Origin: a virus
Strand: one strand, 5' to 3'
DNA: 64,000 nt
IMG/VR virus record: IMGVR_UViG_3300042914_003164
Location: 32,001 to 96,000 of that record
In this document: one piece after another, positions 47,355 to 56,909 of the stretch
Position numbering within the stretch: the first letter of the stretch is position 1
How the letters are laid out: every line of letters starts with the position of its first letter
Notes under the pieces: generated by a model
The model's database searches: none
The model's input: the letters and a program-made list of their open reading frames with translations, nothing else
What the model was told of the DNA's origin: nothing
Translations under genes and position numbers: made by a program

Positions 47355-48422
47355 ATGGCAACCCAGGAAAAGACTGTTGTTTTTAGGTCCTTATCAGCTC
47401 GTGACAGATTCACCCTTGTAGCTAATGCAGCTTTAAGGGATCCGCGTATCAGCTACAGGGCCAAGGGAATTCTTGCAACATGCTTGTCGCTCCCTCAAGA
47501 TTTTGAATTTACAAGAAAGTGGATTGAAGAGCATGGCACGGAAGGTCGTGATTCAATTATTGCAGCGCTAAAAGAACTTAGAGGCTACGGCTACTTAGAA
47601 AACATTAAAGAAAAAGATTCGCGAGGTCGAATTTTGGGTGAATTTTACAGGTTCTCCGATGAGCCAGCCCCGGCCCAGGCACCCGAAAAGCCCCCCTTCG
47701 AGCCCTCTGACCGGCGCCCTGAAAAACCGGCGTCCGGGTTTCCAGTACGCCGGTCCCCCGATGAGGCCCCAAAAAACTCTGTCACAGTACCGTTATGTCC
47801 CAAATCGACTGCGGCAACAGATGATTTGCGCGATTCTGAAGGGATTGTGAACGAAGGGGTTGACAGGGTGGGTAGATTACCCGCGTACCGTGTCGGTGCG
47901 GGAAACATCAGTAACGGAAGAACGGAGTCAGGCATCTCCTGCCTTCCAAGCAACCCCGGCCTTCAGGGTTCAGGAAGCTCTCAGCCAGAGAGGCAAGGAA
48001 GCCTCCAGCTAGAGAGGCAACCTGGCTTAAGTGTCTTAAAAACCCCCACGGTTGGGGAAGGTGTCGGGAAGGAGTCTGAGGAAACCCCTAGGAAACCCCT
48101 TGTAATTTCGGATTCTCTTCACATTCCCGCTTGGCTTCAGCCATATAAGCCTTACTTGCTGAAATGGCTGGAGAACAGGAAAAAGAAGCATAAGCTGGAT
48201 CCAGAATTTACAAAGTTCACGTTAAACGGATTAACGTATGCAAGGGATCTTGGTGTTCTTGCTGAGTATTGTGAGTATTCTGCTGAAATGAACTGGAGGT
48301 CTCTTGGTTTTGCAGGCCATAAAGAGTTAATACAGAAGCTTGCAAAAGAACACGGCAAAGCCATAAAACCAGAAAAGCCTGTCATGGCTGATATTGTCTA
48401 TACCCTTGGCGTTAACAAATGA
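47355..48422 (+). CDS. phage replication initiator protein
   Basis: FTLVAN.ALRD.RISYRAKG.L...ALKEL...GYL winged-HTH; upstream of DnaB. Confidence 0.8.
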   Translation: MATQEKTVVFRSLSARDRFTLVANAALRDPRISYRAKGILATCLSLPQDFEFTRKWIEEHGTEGRDSIIAALKELRGYGYLENIKEKDSRGRILGEFYRFSDEPAPAQAPEKPPFEPSDRRPEKPASGFPVRRSPDEAPKNSVTVPLCPKSTAATDDLRDSEGIVNEGVDRVGRLPAYRVGAGNISNGRTESGISCLPSNPGLQGSGSSQPERQGSLQLERQPGLSVLKTPTVGEGVGKESEETPRKPLVISDSLHIPAWLQPYKPYLLKWLENRKKKHKLDPEFTKFTLNGLTYARDLGVLAEYCEYSAEMNWRSLGFAGHKELIQKLAKEHGKAIKPEKPVMADIVYTLGVNK

Positions 48423-49855
48423 AAGCGGCAGAAGCCTCTCAAGTTATCTCCCAGATGAGAACCTGGGATACATCAGAAGTTGAAGACTCTTTTCTTGCTT
48501 CTTGTGTGTATTTTCTTGAAAATCAAATTGGCTCAGCCGATCAACTTTGTGAAATAGTTGCAAGCGTTAACAAGGAATGGTTTAGCCATGCTCACAAGAA
48601 AGCTGTCTTCTATGTTGTAAGGAGAATTGTTCTAGGATCTGGAGATACCGCCTTTGTCATTCCTGGCAGTATTGCCATGATGGCAGAAAAGATTCTTGTT
48701 GCTGGTGGTCATGTAAAAGAATGTGAGCATATTCAATCTGTTACCAACTGTCCTTCCCTATTTTTTGACGTTCAATCGCTTGCTAGTATTATTCCGCTCT
48801 GGCGTATAAAGCTAATAAGAAGACAGCTAAGGGACAACGCAGAACAGATTATTGACTTGCTTGATGCAGATCCAGATCCAGAGGTATTTGAAAATCAAAT
48901 TCCAAATCTTATAGAAGCTCAGCAAGAAACCTGGCACAACGCTTCTGTGTCAGGTCAGAGCGGTGCAAGCTGGGAGGAAACAATCGAGAATGTGCTAATG
49001 CCCTTGCCAGATGACATTTCCATGTCAACTGGTTTGAAGGTTTTAGACGAGGAGATACAGGGTGGAATCGCAAAAAGATACTCTGTCTACTCGGGCAGGC
49101 TAATAGTTATCGCAGCTAGGCCGTCTATGGGTAAAACAGCTGTCTCTGTTTGCATTGCAACAAGTCTTGCGCGGTATTCTGGTGATGTTGCCTTTTTCAG
49201 TCTTGAGATGTCAACTGAGCAGGTTCGTTACAGGGCGATAGCCTGCTATGACTACCTTACTCTTAAAGATAATTCTAATTTGACAAATCCAATTAGGCTC
49301 GGGAATCTGCGCCACAGGTCATACACGCCAGATCAGCGCCAAAGACTTCAAGCTATTGGGGGATCCGGTTTTATACAAAGATTTCATATCTTTGATATAC
49401 CAGAAAGCCTTAGTACCATTGCTGCAAAGATTAAGCTCTTGTGCAAAACAAGGAAAAATCTTTCCGCTATCTTTATTGATTACCTTCAGTTGATTGATGG
49501 CTGCTCCGGCGATGCAACAAACTCTGAAGCATCAAAAATTGGTGACGTAACAAAAGCCCTTAAGCGACTTGCAAGGTCTTTTGGCATAGACATTATTCTC
49601 TTAAGTCAGCTCAACCGAGGAGTTGAAAACAGAAATGACAAGATGCCAAACCTTGCTGATCTTAGAGCGTCTGGCCGCATTGAAGAGGACTCCGATATTG
49701 TTATGTTCCTACTTCGACCATACTATTACGACAAAGAAAAGGATCCCTATGAACTTGCTATTGGTGTAGCAAAGAACCGCGAGGGAAATTGCGGCGTTTT
49801 ACAGTGCAGTATTGAGGTTCAGAGTTCCGTCGTTTTTGACCGTACATTTCGATGA
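48419..49855 (+). CDS. dnaB: replicative DNA helicase
   Basis: AARPSMGKT, FSLEM, IDYLQL, LSQLNR, DLR.SG.IE.D.D, KNREG. Confidence 0.95.
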   Translation: MKAAEASQVISQMRTWDTSEVEDSFLASCVYFLENQIGSADQLCEIVASVNKEWFSHAHKKAVFYVVRRIVLGSGDTAFVIPGSIAMMAEKILVAGGHVKECEHIQSVTNCPSLFFDVQSLASIIPLWRIKLIRRQLRDNAEQIIDLLDADPDPEVFENQIPNLIEAQQETWHNASVSGQSGASWEETIENVLMPLPDDISMSTGLKVLDEEIQGGIAKRYSVYSGRLIVIAARPSMGKTAVSVCIATSLARYSGDVAFFSLEMSTEQVRYRAIACYDYLTLKDNSNLTNPIRLGNLRHRSYTPDQRQRLQAIGGSGFIQRFHIFDIPESLSTIAAKIKLLCKTRKNLSAIFIDYLQLIDGCSGDATNSEASKIGDVTKALKRLARSFGIDIILLSQLNRGVENRNDKMPNLADLRASGRIEEDSDIVMFLLRPYYYDKEKDPYELAIGVAKNREGNCGVLQCSIEVQSSVVFDRTFR

Positions 49856-50061
49856 AAAAAGTTCAAATCTCCTCTGCGCCTGACTGGGCGGCAATCTTTG
49901 CTAAACGCCCGGACCTTGAGGCACCTGGCTACCAAGAAATTCTTGCTCAAGTTAGGTCAAAACAGCCTGATTACGAGGCCCAGAGAATCAGGGAAAAAAT
50001 GCAGCAAATCCACAAGGAAAAAACCAGCGCTAAAAACAGAAATAAGAACAGAAAGAAATAG
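49852..50061 (+). CDS. hypothetical protein
   Basis: ATGA overlap; PDLEAPGY motif. Confidence 0.6.
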   Translation: MKKVQISSAPDWAAIFAKRPDLEAPGYQEILAQVRSKQPDYEAQRIREKMQQIHKEKTSAKNRNKNRKK

Positions 50062-50065
50062 ACTA

Positions 50066-50227
50066 TCAGTGTTGCCAAATGGCGTTGATTCTGTTTTCTG
50101 CGTCAATGATTGCTGGGGCGAGAGCTGGCAGGCATTGCGGCGCATTGAGCAAAATCGTCTGCCTAATTTCAGCCATGTCCTTCAACAGCGCATGGATATT
50201 CGCTGGAATCTTCACGGAAGTTTCCAT
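50066..50227 (-). CDS. small hypothetical protein (53 aa, METSVKIPAN...)
   Basis: Read by hand; ATG 50227 to TGA 50066. Confidence 0.45.
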   Translation of the reverse strand: METSVKIPANIHALLKDMAEIRQTILLNAPQCLPALAPAIIDAENRINAIWQH

Positions 50228-50305
50228 GTGATTTGTTCTGTTGTGGTGCCACTCCAGCTACTCGCCTGGCCGGGAGAGGCGTTTGCCTGTCAAGCCTAGC
50301 CTCGC

Positions 50306-50662
50306 CTACCACTCCGGCTCTGGCATGTCGTCATCGTCGCTGGCTGGCAACTCCAGCATCTCCTCCAGTCTTTCGATCTGGACCGCTTGGAAGTCGATTG
50401 GCGGCATAGGCATCCTCCTGAGGTTGCGCTTGCTGTTCGTTGATTGTTCGATGCCGTTCACGTCGCAGTACCGCTCGTACCAGTCCCTTACCATGCTTGG
50501 GGTCACGAAACCCTGAAGCAGGTTGGCAACCGATGGCACGTCCTCCCCCTTTTCAAAGAGCAGCTTTGCGGTGATCCGCAGAATCCGGTTCAGGCTGGTT
50601 GCGCCTTTTGTGCTCATGGGTGGCTTTGCACTCGTAAATATGGTAGGATCAGAGGCGTACAT
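50306..50662 (-). CDS. hypothetical protein
   Basis: Probable start 50617 after a CTACCAT box. Confidence 0.6.
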   Translation of the reverse strand: MYASDPTIFTSAKPPMSTKGATSLNRILRITAKLLFEKGEDVPSVANLLQGFVTPSMVRDWYERYCDVNGIEQSTNSKRNLRRMPMPPIDFQAVQIERLEEMLELPASDDDDMPEPEW

Positions 50663-50688
50663 CAGTTTGGGGTGCGACCCCGCGATTC

Positions 50689-51462
50689 GTGAACATCAAC
50701 GCTTTTACAGAGAAGCAGATCCAAGAGCTTAACCAGACTCTCTCTGGTGCCGCTGTCAAACAAAGGGAGCAATCTGGTCGCAAGCTTTCCTACATTGAAG
50801 GCTGGTGGGCGATTCGTGAGGCAAATCGCATTTTTGGCTTTGGCGCTTGGGACCAGAAACTGGTTGACATCAAGTGCGTTGCCGAGAAAGAAAGGAAGAT
50901 TGGCCGTGACAAAAGGGATGGGTGGGGTGTTTCCTACATCGCAACCGTTTGTGTCGAAGTTGCAGGCGTTATTCGTGAAGGCGTTGGCGCTGGTCACGGC
51001 ATTGACGTTGACCTTGGCCTAGCTCACGAGTCTGCTATCAAAGAGGCTGCCACTGATGCAATGAAACGTGCTTTCATGACATTTGGCAATCAGTTTGGCC
51101 TTGCTTTGTATGATAAGGATCAGCAAAGTGTTGAAGATAAGCCGCTCTCCACGGAAAGCGTTTCTTCTGAGGCTGACAAGGTAAATCAGGCGTTCATGGA
51201 CAAGCTCATGAACAAAATGCAAGAATGTGGAATCGACTCAAACGGCATCAGGACCCTTAAGCATATTCTGAGGGTTGAAGATTTCGATCAAGTCAAGGAG
51301 CCCATCCGTGACAAGCTGATCGCAAACCTTACCCCGGCTTATGCTGAAAAGCTGAACCTTGGCCAAAACAGCAAGGGCGATCAGGTGATCGAGATCATCG
51401 CAAAAAAGCTTGAAGAGTCAACCGCGAGCCTCCAACAAGCGGCAGACGACGCTTTCGGTTGA
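50689..51462 (+). CDS. Sak/Rad52-family single-strand annealing protein
   Basis: LSYIEG..AIREAN.IFGF..W, AIKEAATDAMKRA..FG..FGL.LY. Confidence 0.9.
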   Translation: MNINAFTEKQIQELNQTLSGAAVKQREQSGRKLSYIEGWWAIREANRIFGFGAWDQKLVDIKCVAEKERKIGRDKRDGWGVSYIATVCVEVAGVIREGVGAGHGIDVDLGLAHESAIKEAATDAMKRAFMTFGNQFGLALYDKDQQSVEDKPLSTESVSSEADKVNQAFMDKLMNKMQECGIDSNGIRTLKHILRVEDFDQVKEPIRDKLIANLTPAYAEKLNLGQNSKGDQVIEIIAKKLEESTASLQQAADDAFG

Positions 51463-51496
51463 TCACACAAAAACTTAAACCTTACTCTTTATTCAA

Positions 51497-52384
51497 GTGA
51501 CAGAAAACACTTCGGCAATCCAAGCAAAAACCCAAGGCGAAACACAGGCGCTATCGAGGTGGGATGCGCTTGCTGCAGAAATTGCTATCGCCACCGAAGA
51601 GTCTCAGTTAAAAGCGTTTGACTATGAAGATAAATCTGAAAACAAGGAAGCACGTTCTTGGGTCTTTTCGTTGCGCAAACTTAAAACGAAAGTTGAGCAA
51701 GCCAGGAAAGACGCAAAAGCGGTTCACCTTGAAAGGGGTAGGCGAGTTGATGATGCAGCAAAGCTGTTGCAGTCTGCAGTTCAGTCCTTGATTGAGCCTC
51801 ATGAAAACGAGATCAAGGCAATTGAGGCACGAGAGCAGGCAAGGATTGACGCTCACAAGGCTGTGCTTGATCGCATTGCTTCACTTTCCGATGGAGTGAC
51901 TACTGCTGACGAAGCTCAGGCGAGACTCATTGAACTTAGCGCAATTGATATTGAAGGCTTAGAAGAGTTCTCCAAGGCTGGAGCAAATCGACGGCTTGAG
52001 ACGGCCGAAATGCTCAAGTCAATATGGAATCGCCTTGTCATTGAGGAGGCTGAGCGTGCAGAGCTGGAGGCACTCCGAGCCGAAAAAGCCAAGCTTGAGA
52101 AGGAGCTTGAGCGTCAGCAAATCAGGGAAGAGGTTCTTGCTGAGCATGGTGTATCGCCTGCTGGGCAAGCTCCGGTTGTTCAGGCATCAAGAAAGCCTGT
52201 AAGCACGGAAGGGGGGCAGCGAAAGAGCCCGAAAGACCTACTTGTAGGGGCGCTTATCATTAAAATGTCTGGCAAAACGGTTAGCGAGATCGCGCATCTT
52301 ATCGCATCTGATCGGCTTCACCCAGCAGTCAGCGTAGACCTGTCAAAAGTAAAACCCGCCGAAAACGATGAGGTTGACTGGTAG
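51497..52384 (+). CDS. coiled-coil recombination-module protein (DUF1351-like)
   Basis: RK..KA..L..GRRVD..AK motif. Confidence 0.55.
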   Translation: MTENTSAIQAKTQGETQALSRWDALAAEIAIATEESQLKAFDYEDKSENKEARSWVFSLRKLKTKVEQARKDAKAVHLERGRRVDDAAKLLQSAVQSLIEPHENEIKAIEAREQARIDAHKAVLDRIASLSDGVTTADEAQARLIELSAIDIEGLEEFSKAGANRRLETAEMLKSIWNRLVIEEAERAELEALRAEKAKLEKELERQQIREEVLAEHGVSPAGQAPVVQASRKPVSTEGGQRKSPKDLLVGALIIKMSGKTVSEIAHLIASDRLHPAVSVDLSKVKPAENDEVDW

Positions 52385-52388
52385 CTAA

Positions 52389-53156
52389 ATGCCTGACGAC
52401 CGCGAATTTTACGAAAGAGATGGCATTGAGTATGCAAGGGTTTCCACAATCCTTGGCAAGACAATGCCACTTTTCCACCCTGCTAAGCACAAAGCTCTTT
52501 GTGACTGGGCCGAGCGTGAGCCGGATTCAGCGGAAATTCTCGCAAGAGGGCAAAGGCGTGGAACATTGATTCATGCCCAAATTGAGCACTACTTGCTGGA
52601 TGGTCGAATTGAATCCGGCAGAGAGCAGCCTTCGCTGGAGGAGCTTGTCTATCACAATGTTCCTGGTTACATGCACTATGTAACACCACTGCTTGAGAAG
52701 ATAAAGGAAGAGAATGGACCTTGCTCCTTGTGGCCTGGGCTGCAAAAAAGTAGTCTCATGCTTGAGCAGGAGCTTTACTGTGGGCATGGATTTGCCGGAA
52801 AACCAGACAAAAGATGCTGGTTTGAAGGTAAGTACACCACCTGGGACTGGAAATCAGCAAGATCCATCCTTGAGAAGGGCGTAAAAAAGAAACCTCGCCC
52901 TATATCGAGATATTCCGAGGCTAAAGTCCAAATCGGAACTTATTCACTTGGCCATAATGTGGAGCTTTACAAGAAGACTGGAGACTACCCGCCAATCGAG
53001 CAAGGCGCAATCTGCATCCTGTATGATTGGCGAGAGCCCCATCTGCACTTGATGTCAATCAAAGAGCTTAAAGACTCTGCAAATGAGTTTATTGAGCGAT
53101 TCAATGTTTACCAAGAGCTTGAGGGCTCAATCTTTCCACGTCCGCTAAACCGATGA
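52389..53156 (+). CDS. PD-(D/E)XK exonuclease
   Basis: RVSTIL, RGT.IH, E...FAG.PD, DWKS, Q...Y. Confidence 0.85.
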   Translation: MPDDREFYERDGIEYARVSTILGKTMPLFHPAKHKALCDWAEREPDSAEILARGQRRGTLIHAQIEHYLLDGRIESGREQPSLEELVYHNVPGYMHYVTPLLEKIKEENGPCSLWPGLQKSSLMLEQELYCGHGFAGKPDKRCWFEGKYTTWDWKSARSILEKGVKKKPRPISRYSEAKVQIGTYSLGHNVELYKKTGDYPPIEQGAICILYDWREPHLHLMSIKELKDSANEFIERFNVYQELEGSIFPRPLNR

Positions 53157-53554
53157 TTACAGTATGCGCCGATGGCTACGTCACAAAAGAGCCAAAGCTT
53201 GAGGAAGGTGACTATGGCAAGTTCATAGAACTCACCATTCGGGTTGCTACACCTGGGAGAGAGGTTCACTACATAAGTGGCAGGTTCTACGGTCGTAAAA
53301 TACGCCCAGTTGAAGAATTTATACATGGTGGTGACTATATTACCATGTCAGGTGCTATTACAAATATGTATCCCAGGGAAAAGGAGGGAGGCGAGAAATA
53401 CATACAAATCTATCTTAAGGATTGCTTTTACACACTGCCTCCCAAAATTGTTGGTGAGGCCGCCTTCCGTCGATCCCTCCCCGCCAGTCAAGAATCCTCA
53501 CCATCCGAGCTTGACGATTTCGGCCTTGAGGAGGATAATGAACCAGAGTTCTAA
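53153..53554 (+). CDS. divergent SSB-like OB-fold protein
   Basis: GYVTKEP...GD.I.MSG; acidic tail ending EF. Confidence 0.65.
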   Translation: MITVCADGYVTKEPKLEEGDYGKFIELTIRVATPGREVHYISGRFYGRKIRPVEEFIHGGDYITMSGAITNMYPREKEGGEKYIQIYLKDCFYTLPPKIVGEAAFRRSLPASQESSPSELDDFGLEEDNEPEF

Positions 53555-53578
53555 CCTCAACCAACCCCTTCACAACAA

Positions 53579-53998
53579 ATGACATCTTTCAACAGCTGCA
53601 CCTTTACAGGCCACGTAGGCAGGGATCCCGAGGCCAGGTATTTTGAGACAGGCTCTTCCGTTGCGGAATTCACAATTGCCATCTCATACCCCAAGCGCAA
53701 GAACGGAGAGGAGAAGCAGGCCCTCTGGCTGAGCGTCAAGGTCTGGGGCAAACAAGTTGAAACGGTTACTAACTACGTCAAAAAAGGCACTCAGATCATT
53801 GTTCAGGGAGAGCTTGAGCAGGAGACTTGGGAGAAAGATGGAGTGCAAAAGAGCAAGTTTGTGCTGAATTGTCGTAATTTCCAGCTTCTTAGCCAGCCCT
53901 CAGCCGGGGGTGGCAAGTCTGGCGGTTCTAAGTCCTCCGGCACGGCAAAGAGTAAGCCCCCTCAGCCGCCGGTCAATGAGGATGACATTCCGTTCTAA
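53579..53998 (+). CDS. ssb: single-stranded DNA-binding protein
   Basis: G.VGRDPE, WGKQ.E..YVKKG..V.GEL, DDIPF. Confidence 0.95.
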   Translation: MTSFNSCTFTGHVGRDPEARYFETGSSVAEFTIAISYPKRKNGEEKQALWLSVKVWGKQVETVTNYVKKGTQIIVQGELEQETWEKDGVQKSKFVLNCRNFQLLSQPSAGGGKSGGSKSSGTAKSKPPQPPVNEDDIPF

Positions 53999-54014
53999 AT
54001 GTGTTAGGCTTGCA

Positions 54015-54065
54015 GGGATCCACGGCTAAAGCCTTGGCTTGCTATCGCCACGCCTTGTGGATCCC
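54015..54065 (+). ncRNA. candidate small structured RNA (three-way junction)
   Basis: GGGATCCAC/GTGGATCCC outer stem, two inner hairpins, TAGGCT box just upstream. Confidence 0.35.
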
Positions 54066-54102
54066 GTAATACCCCTGAACCCAAAAGGGAAGCAATTATC
54101 TT

Positions 54103-54351
54103 ATGGCTGTCACTATCAAACCCTGTAGGCACTTGGATCACGATTCAAGTCGCTACCCAAGTTGCGAGCTTCTGGATTGCGCTCCGCACTTTCCAGATGT
54201 TAAATACTGGAGTCGCAAAGACCCAGACGGAAATCCTCAAAAAGTTCAATTTTGTAAAAGGATCGGTCGCGTTCCCGGTATTTTTCAGTGCTACCAGCAG
54301 GGCGAGATGCACTGCTACTGCCCCTCCGGCGAGCAGGAGGAGTGCCAGTGA
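54103..54351 (+). CDS. Cys-rich hypothetical protein
   Basis: Multiple Cys/His residues. Confidence 0.55.
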   Translation: MAVTIKPCRHLDHDSSRYPSCELLDCAPHFPDVKYWSRKDPDGNPQKVQFCKRIGRVPGIFQCYQQGEMHCYCPSGEQEECQ

Positions 54352-54382
54352 CCGACCAGCACCGCGCCCGCCGTTTCACGCC

Positions 54383-54700
54383 ATGACTTCTTCACTAGAT
54401 CCGACAACGCAGCTGATCAAGCTTGTTTCGGTTGTTGCTGTTACTGCTTTTGTTGGCGCATTCACCATCCCCATTGGTTGCAACATTTTCGTTGCTTTGT
54501 TGCGCTGCTTTATTCGCCGTCGCCGTAAGCGAGAGGCCATTTGCTTTATCACTAGCGTTTTATTTGCCGTTGGCTCCGTACTGGTGCCCATCTTGTTTTG
54601 GTATGCAGTCCCCAATCCGCTCTTCCTCGTTTCCGCATCACTTTTCTCTCTTTTGATTGGCTCTTATTTAGCGCAAGGGCTAGATCCTCACCGAGTCTAA
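54383..54700 (+). CDS. membrane protein (3 TM)
   Basis: Hydrophobic segments around an RRRRKR patch. Confidence 0.55.
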   Translation: MTSSLDPTTQLIKLVSVVAVTAFVGAFTIPIGCNIFVALLRCFIRRRRKREAICFITSVLFAVGSVLVPILFWYAVPNPLFLVSASLFSLLIGSYLAQGLDPHRV

Positions 54701-54740
54701 TCCCTTTCTCCACTCACAGCCTTCTATTTTTTTTATTGCC

Positions 54741-54924
54741 ATGACCACGATTTTCTGCACCTTTTTGGTGCTGCTGTTATTGCCCGCGCTGTTCCTGTTG
54801 TGGCTGACGGAATCCCGACCAGCAACGCGCCCGCCGCTGGCGCCGCGATGGGCTCACGTACCGCGCCATTGCGGAGCGGTTGGGCTGCTCACAGACCACC
54901 GCTCGCCGGTTGGTGGCGGCCTGA
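54741..54924 (+). pseudogene. frameshifted membrane-anchored HTH protein
   Basis: TM N-terminus in frame 0; skipping one base near 54819 gives QQRARRWRRDGLTYRAIAERLGCSQTTARRLVAA*. Confidence 0.65.
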
Positions 54925-54947
54925 TCACTCGCTAGGGAGACACAGCC

Positions 54948-55574
54948 ATGACAACGCATCAATGGATAACAGATCGCCGGCCAACCGCAAAAGATGCAGA
55001 CAAAAATGGCGCAGTAATGATATTGGTGAACGATTCGAGAGGTGATGCCGGTGAACTAACGGCGCCCTGGCAGCAGGTCGGTCTTGGTACTTTGTGGCAA
55101 AATACTATGCACAACCAAGGCGACCTACAATTCCCGCCCACCGCTCGCTGGTTGATTAAGGGAGGCATTCTTGGCCGGCTGCTCTCATGCCGCCTGCACC
55201 CACGAAACAATGGAGGCACCATGACCGACCAACACCGCGCCACGCCTGAAGATTGGGGTCTCGCAAAAAGCGAAGCCGAAGATGGCTCTCATGCCGACTC
55301 CTGCCTACTCGAACTCCGCGCCCGCGTCGCAGCGCTAGAGGCAGCTCAGGTCAACACCCCGCCAACCTCGCCAGCACCACTCTCCCAAACTTTAGTGGCG
55401 AGGATCCATCGACGATGCGGAGGTGGAGAACAGGCTGTTCGAATCGCGATTTGTGAAGTAGCAGATTGGCTGCAGTTTATTTCTAGTTTCCATGAAAATA
55501 AAGACGCACTTTTTCAAGCAGCGTTGTTAATTCGCAAGCAAGCCCGCCTTACGCAATCCGACTCGCAGCCATGA
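54948..55574 (+). CDS. hypothetical protein (probable fusion; second start at 55221 with GGAGG)
   Basis: WITDRRPT..DAD N-terminus; MTDQHRATPE module paralogous to the next gene. Confidence 0.55.
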   Translation: MTTHQWITDRRPTAKDADKNGAVMILVNDSRGDAGELTAPWQQVGLGTLWQNTMHNQGDLQFPPTARWLIKGGILGRLLSCRLHPRNNGGTMTDQHRATPEDWGLAKSEAEDGSHADSCLLELRARVAALEAAQVNTPPTSPAPLSQTLVARIHRRCGGGEQAVRIAICEVADWLQFISSFHENKDALFQAALLIRKQARLTQSDSQP

Positions 55575-56200
55575 CCGACCAACACCGCGCCGCGCCTGAG
55601 CAGTGGGACTATGTGGATGTGTGGGGAGTGGTCCACGACTGTGCACCCAGTTCCTGCATCCTCGAACTCCGCGACCGCATCGAAGCCCTAGAAGCCGCCC
55701 AGCTGGAGCAGGCCGAGAGCCACAGGTTCTGCACTGATGCCATCGTTCGGCGGGTGGAGGCGCTGGAGGCATTTGATCACCACCCACTGCTTGCTGCCGT
55801 TCGGGCACAGTCCAAGGCCGTCGCTCATTTCGGCAATCGCCTGGAGGCGCTGGAGGCCGCCCAGCGCTACCAATTTCGTAGCGCCACGGAAAAGGTGCCC
55901 ACGACCCGTCTCTACAGCTACAGCGTCGGCCCGGCCAAGCCTCTGGATGAGTTGGGCCAGGGGCACACATTGGCAAGCCCTGAGCCCGCCAGCGCCGAGG
56001 CCCAGTCTGGGAGGCTGGTGGAGAGGGTGACGGCCCGGATTGAGTTCGGCATCAATGCCGAACTGGACCCGGAAGGCATCGCCCGCGCCGCAATCCGTGA
56101 GGTGACGGCGGCGGCAAAAGAGCGAATCGCTCCTTTCAATCCGTGGCTGAGATGGAACGACGTTGCTCAGTGGCTTGAACAGGAGGCCGACCGTGGCTGA
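55571..56200 (+). CDS. hypothetical protein with R.EALEA repeats
   Basis: ATGA overlap; paralogous N-terminus. Confidence 0.6.
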   Translation: MTDQHRAAPEQWDYVDVWGVVHDCAPSSCILELRDRIEALEAAQLEQAESHRFCTDAIVRRVEALEAFDHHPLLAAVRAQSKAVAHFGNRLEALEAAQRYQFRSATEKVPTTRLYSYSVGPAKPLDELGQGHTLASPEPASAEAQSGRLVERVTARIEFGINAELDPEGIARAAIREVTAAAKERIAPFNPWLRWNDVAQWLEQEADRG

Positions 56201-56909
56201 CCAATTTCCTGGCCCCCACAAAAATGGTCCTCACCCCAGCGGCCGGATTCTTAAAACAGAGAGCAAAGTTATGAGTAAAAAGAAAAACCTAGCTGGTCTG
56301 TTTTTTGGTAAGATTGAGATAATCAAAGAAGCGGACCCATGCTTTGTAGGAACAAAAAGAGATCGCCGCACTCGCTGGCTGTGTCGTTGCGTATGCGGCA
56401 AGGAGTGGCTTGTCCGCACATCAAATCTTACTGCGGGCAACATTGTTAGTTGTGGGTGCATAAGTCGAACAAAGCATGGTCTGCACAAGTCCCCAGAGTA
56501 TTCTGCATGGCGCGACATGATCAAGCGTTGTACAAACCCCAACTGCAAAGTGTTCAAGCATTACGGCGGCAGAGGTATAAGCGTTTGCGACTCTTGGCAG
56601 AAATTTGAGAATTTTTATCGCGATATGGGATCGCGACCATCAGGCAGTCACACGCTTGACAGGATTGATAACGAAAAAGGCTATGAGCCATGTAATTGCC
56701 GCTGGGCAACGATGTTAGTCCAATCAAGAAACACTAGGCGTTGCGTTCGCATTCTGTACGCGGGGCGCGAAATGGCACTTTCGGAAGCGATTTCCATGTC
56801 TGGCCTCAAAGAATCAACGGTTAGGGGGCGCATAAGTTCTGGCTGGCCCGAAGATTCGTGGTTTTTACCCTGCGGATCAAAACGCCCTCTTTTACCTTCG
56901 GAACAGTGA
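56193..56909 (+). mobile_element. HNH-type homing endonuclease-like gene
   Basis: WLCRCVCG, SCGC, W..M..RC, YGGRGI.VC..W, TLDRIDN..GYEP.NCRWAT; lower GC than flanks. Confidence 0.8.

Noticed and set aside
46876-47361. 161-aa minus-strand ORF
   Set aside because: Overlaps a better-supported plus-strand promoter and RHH gene
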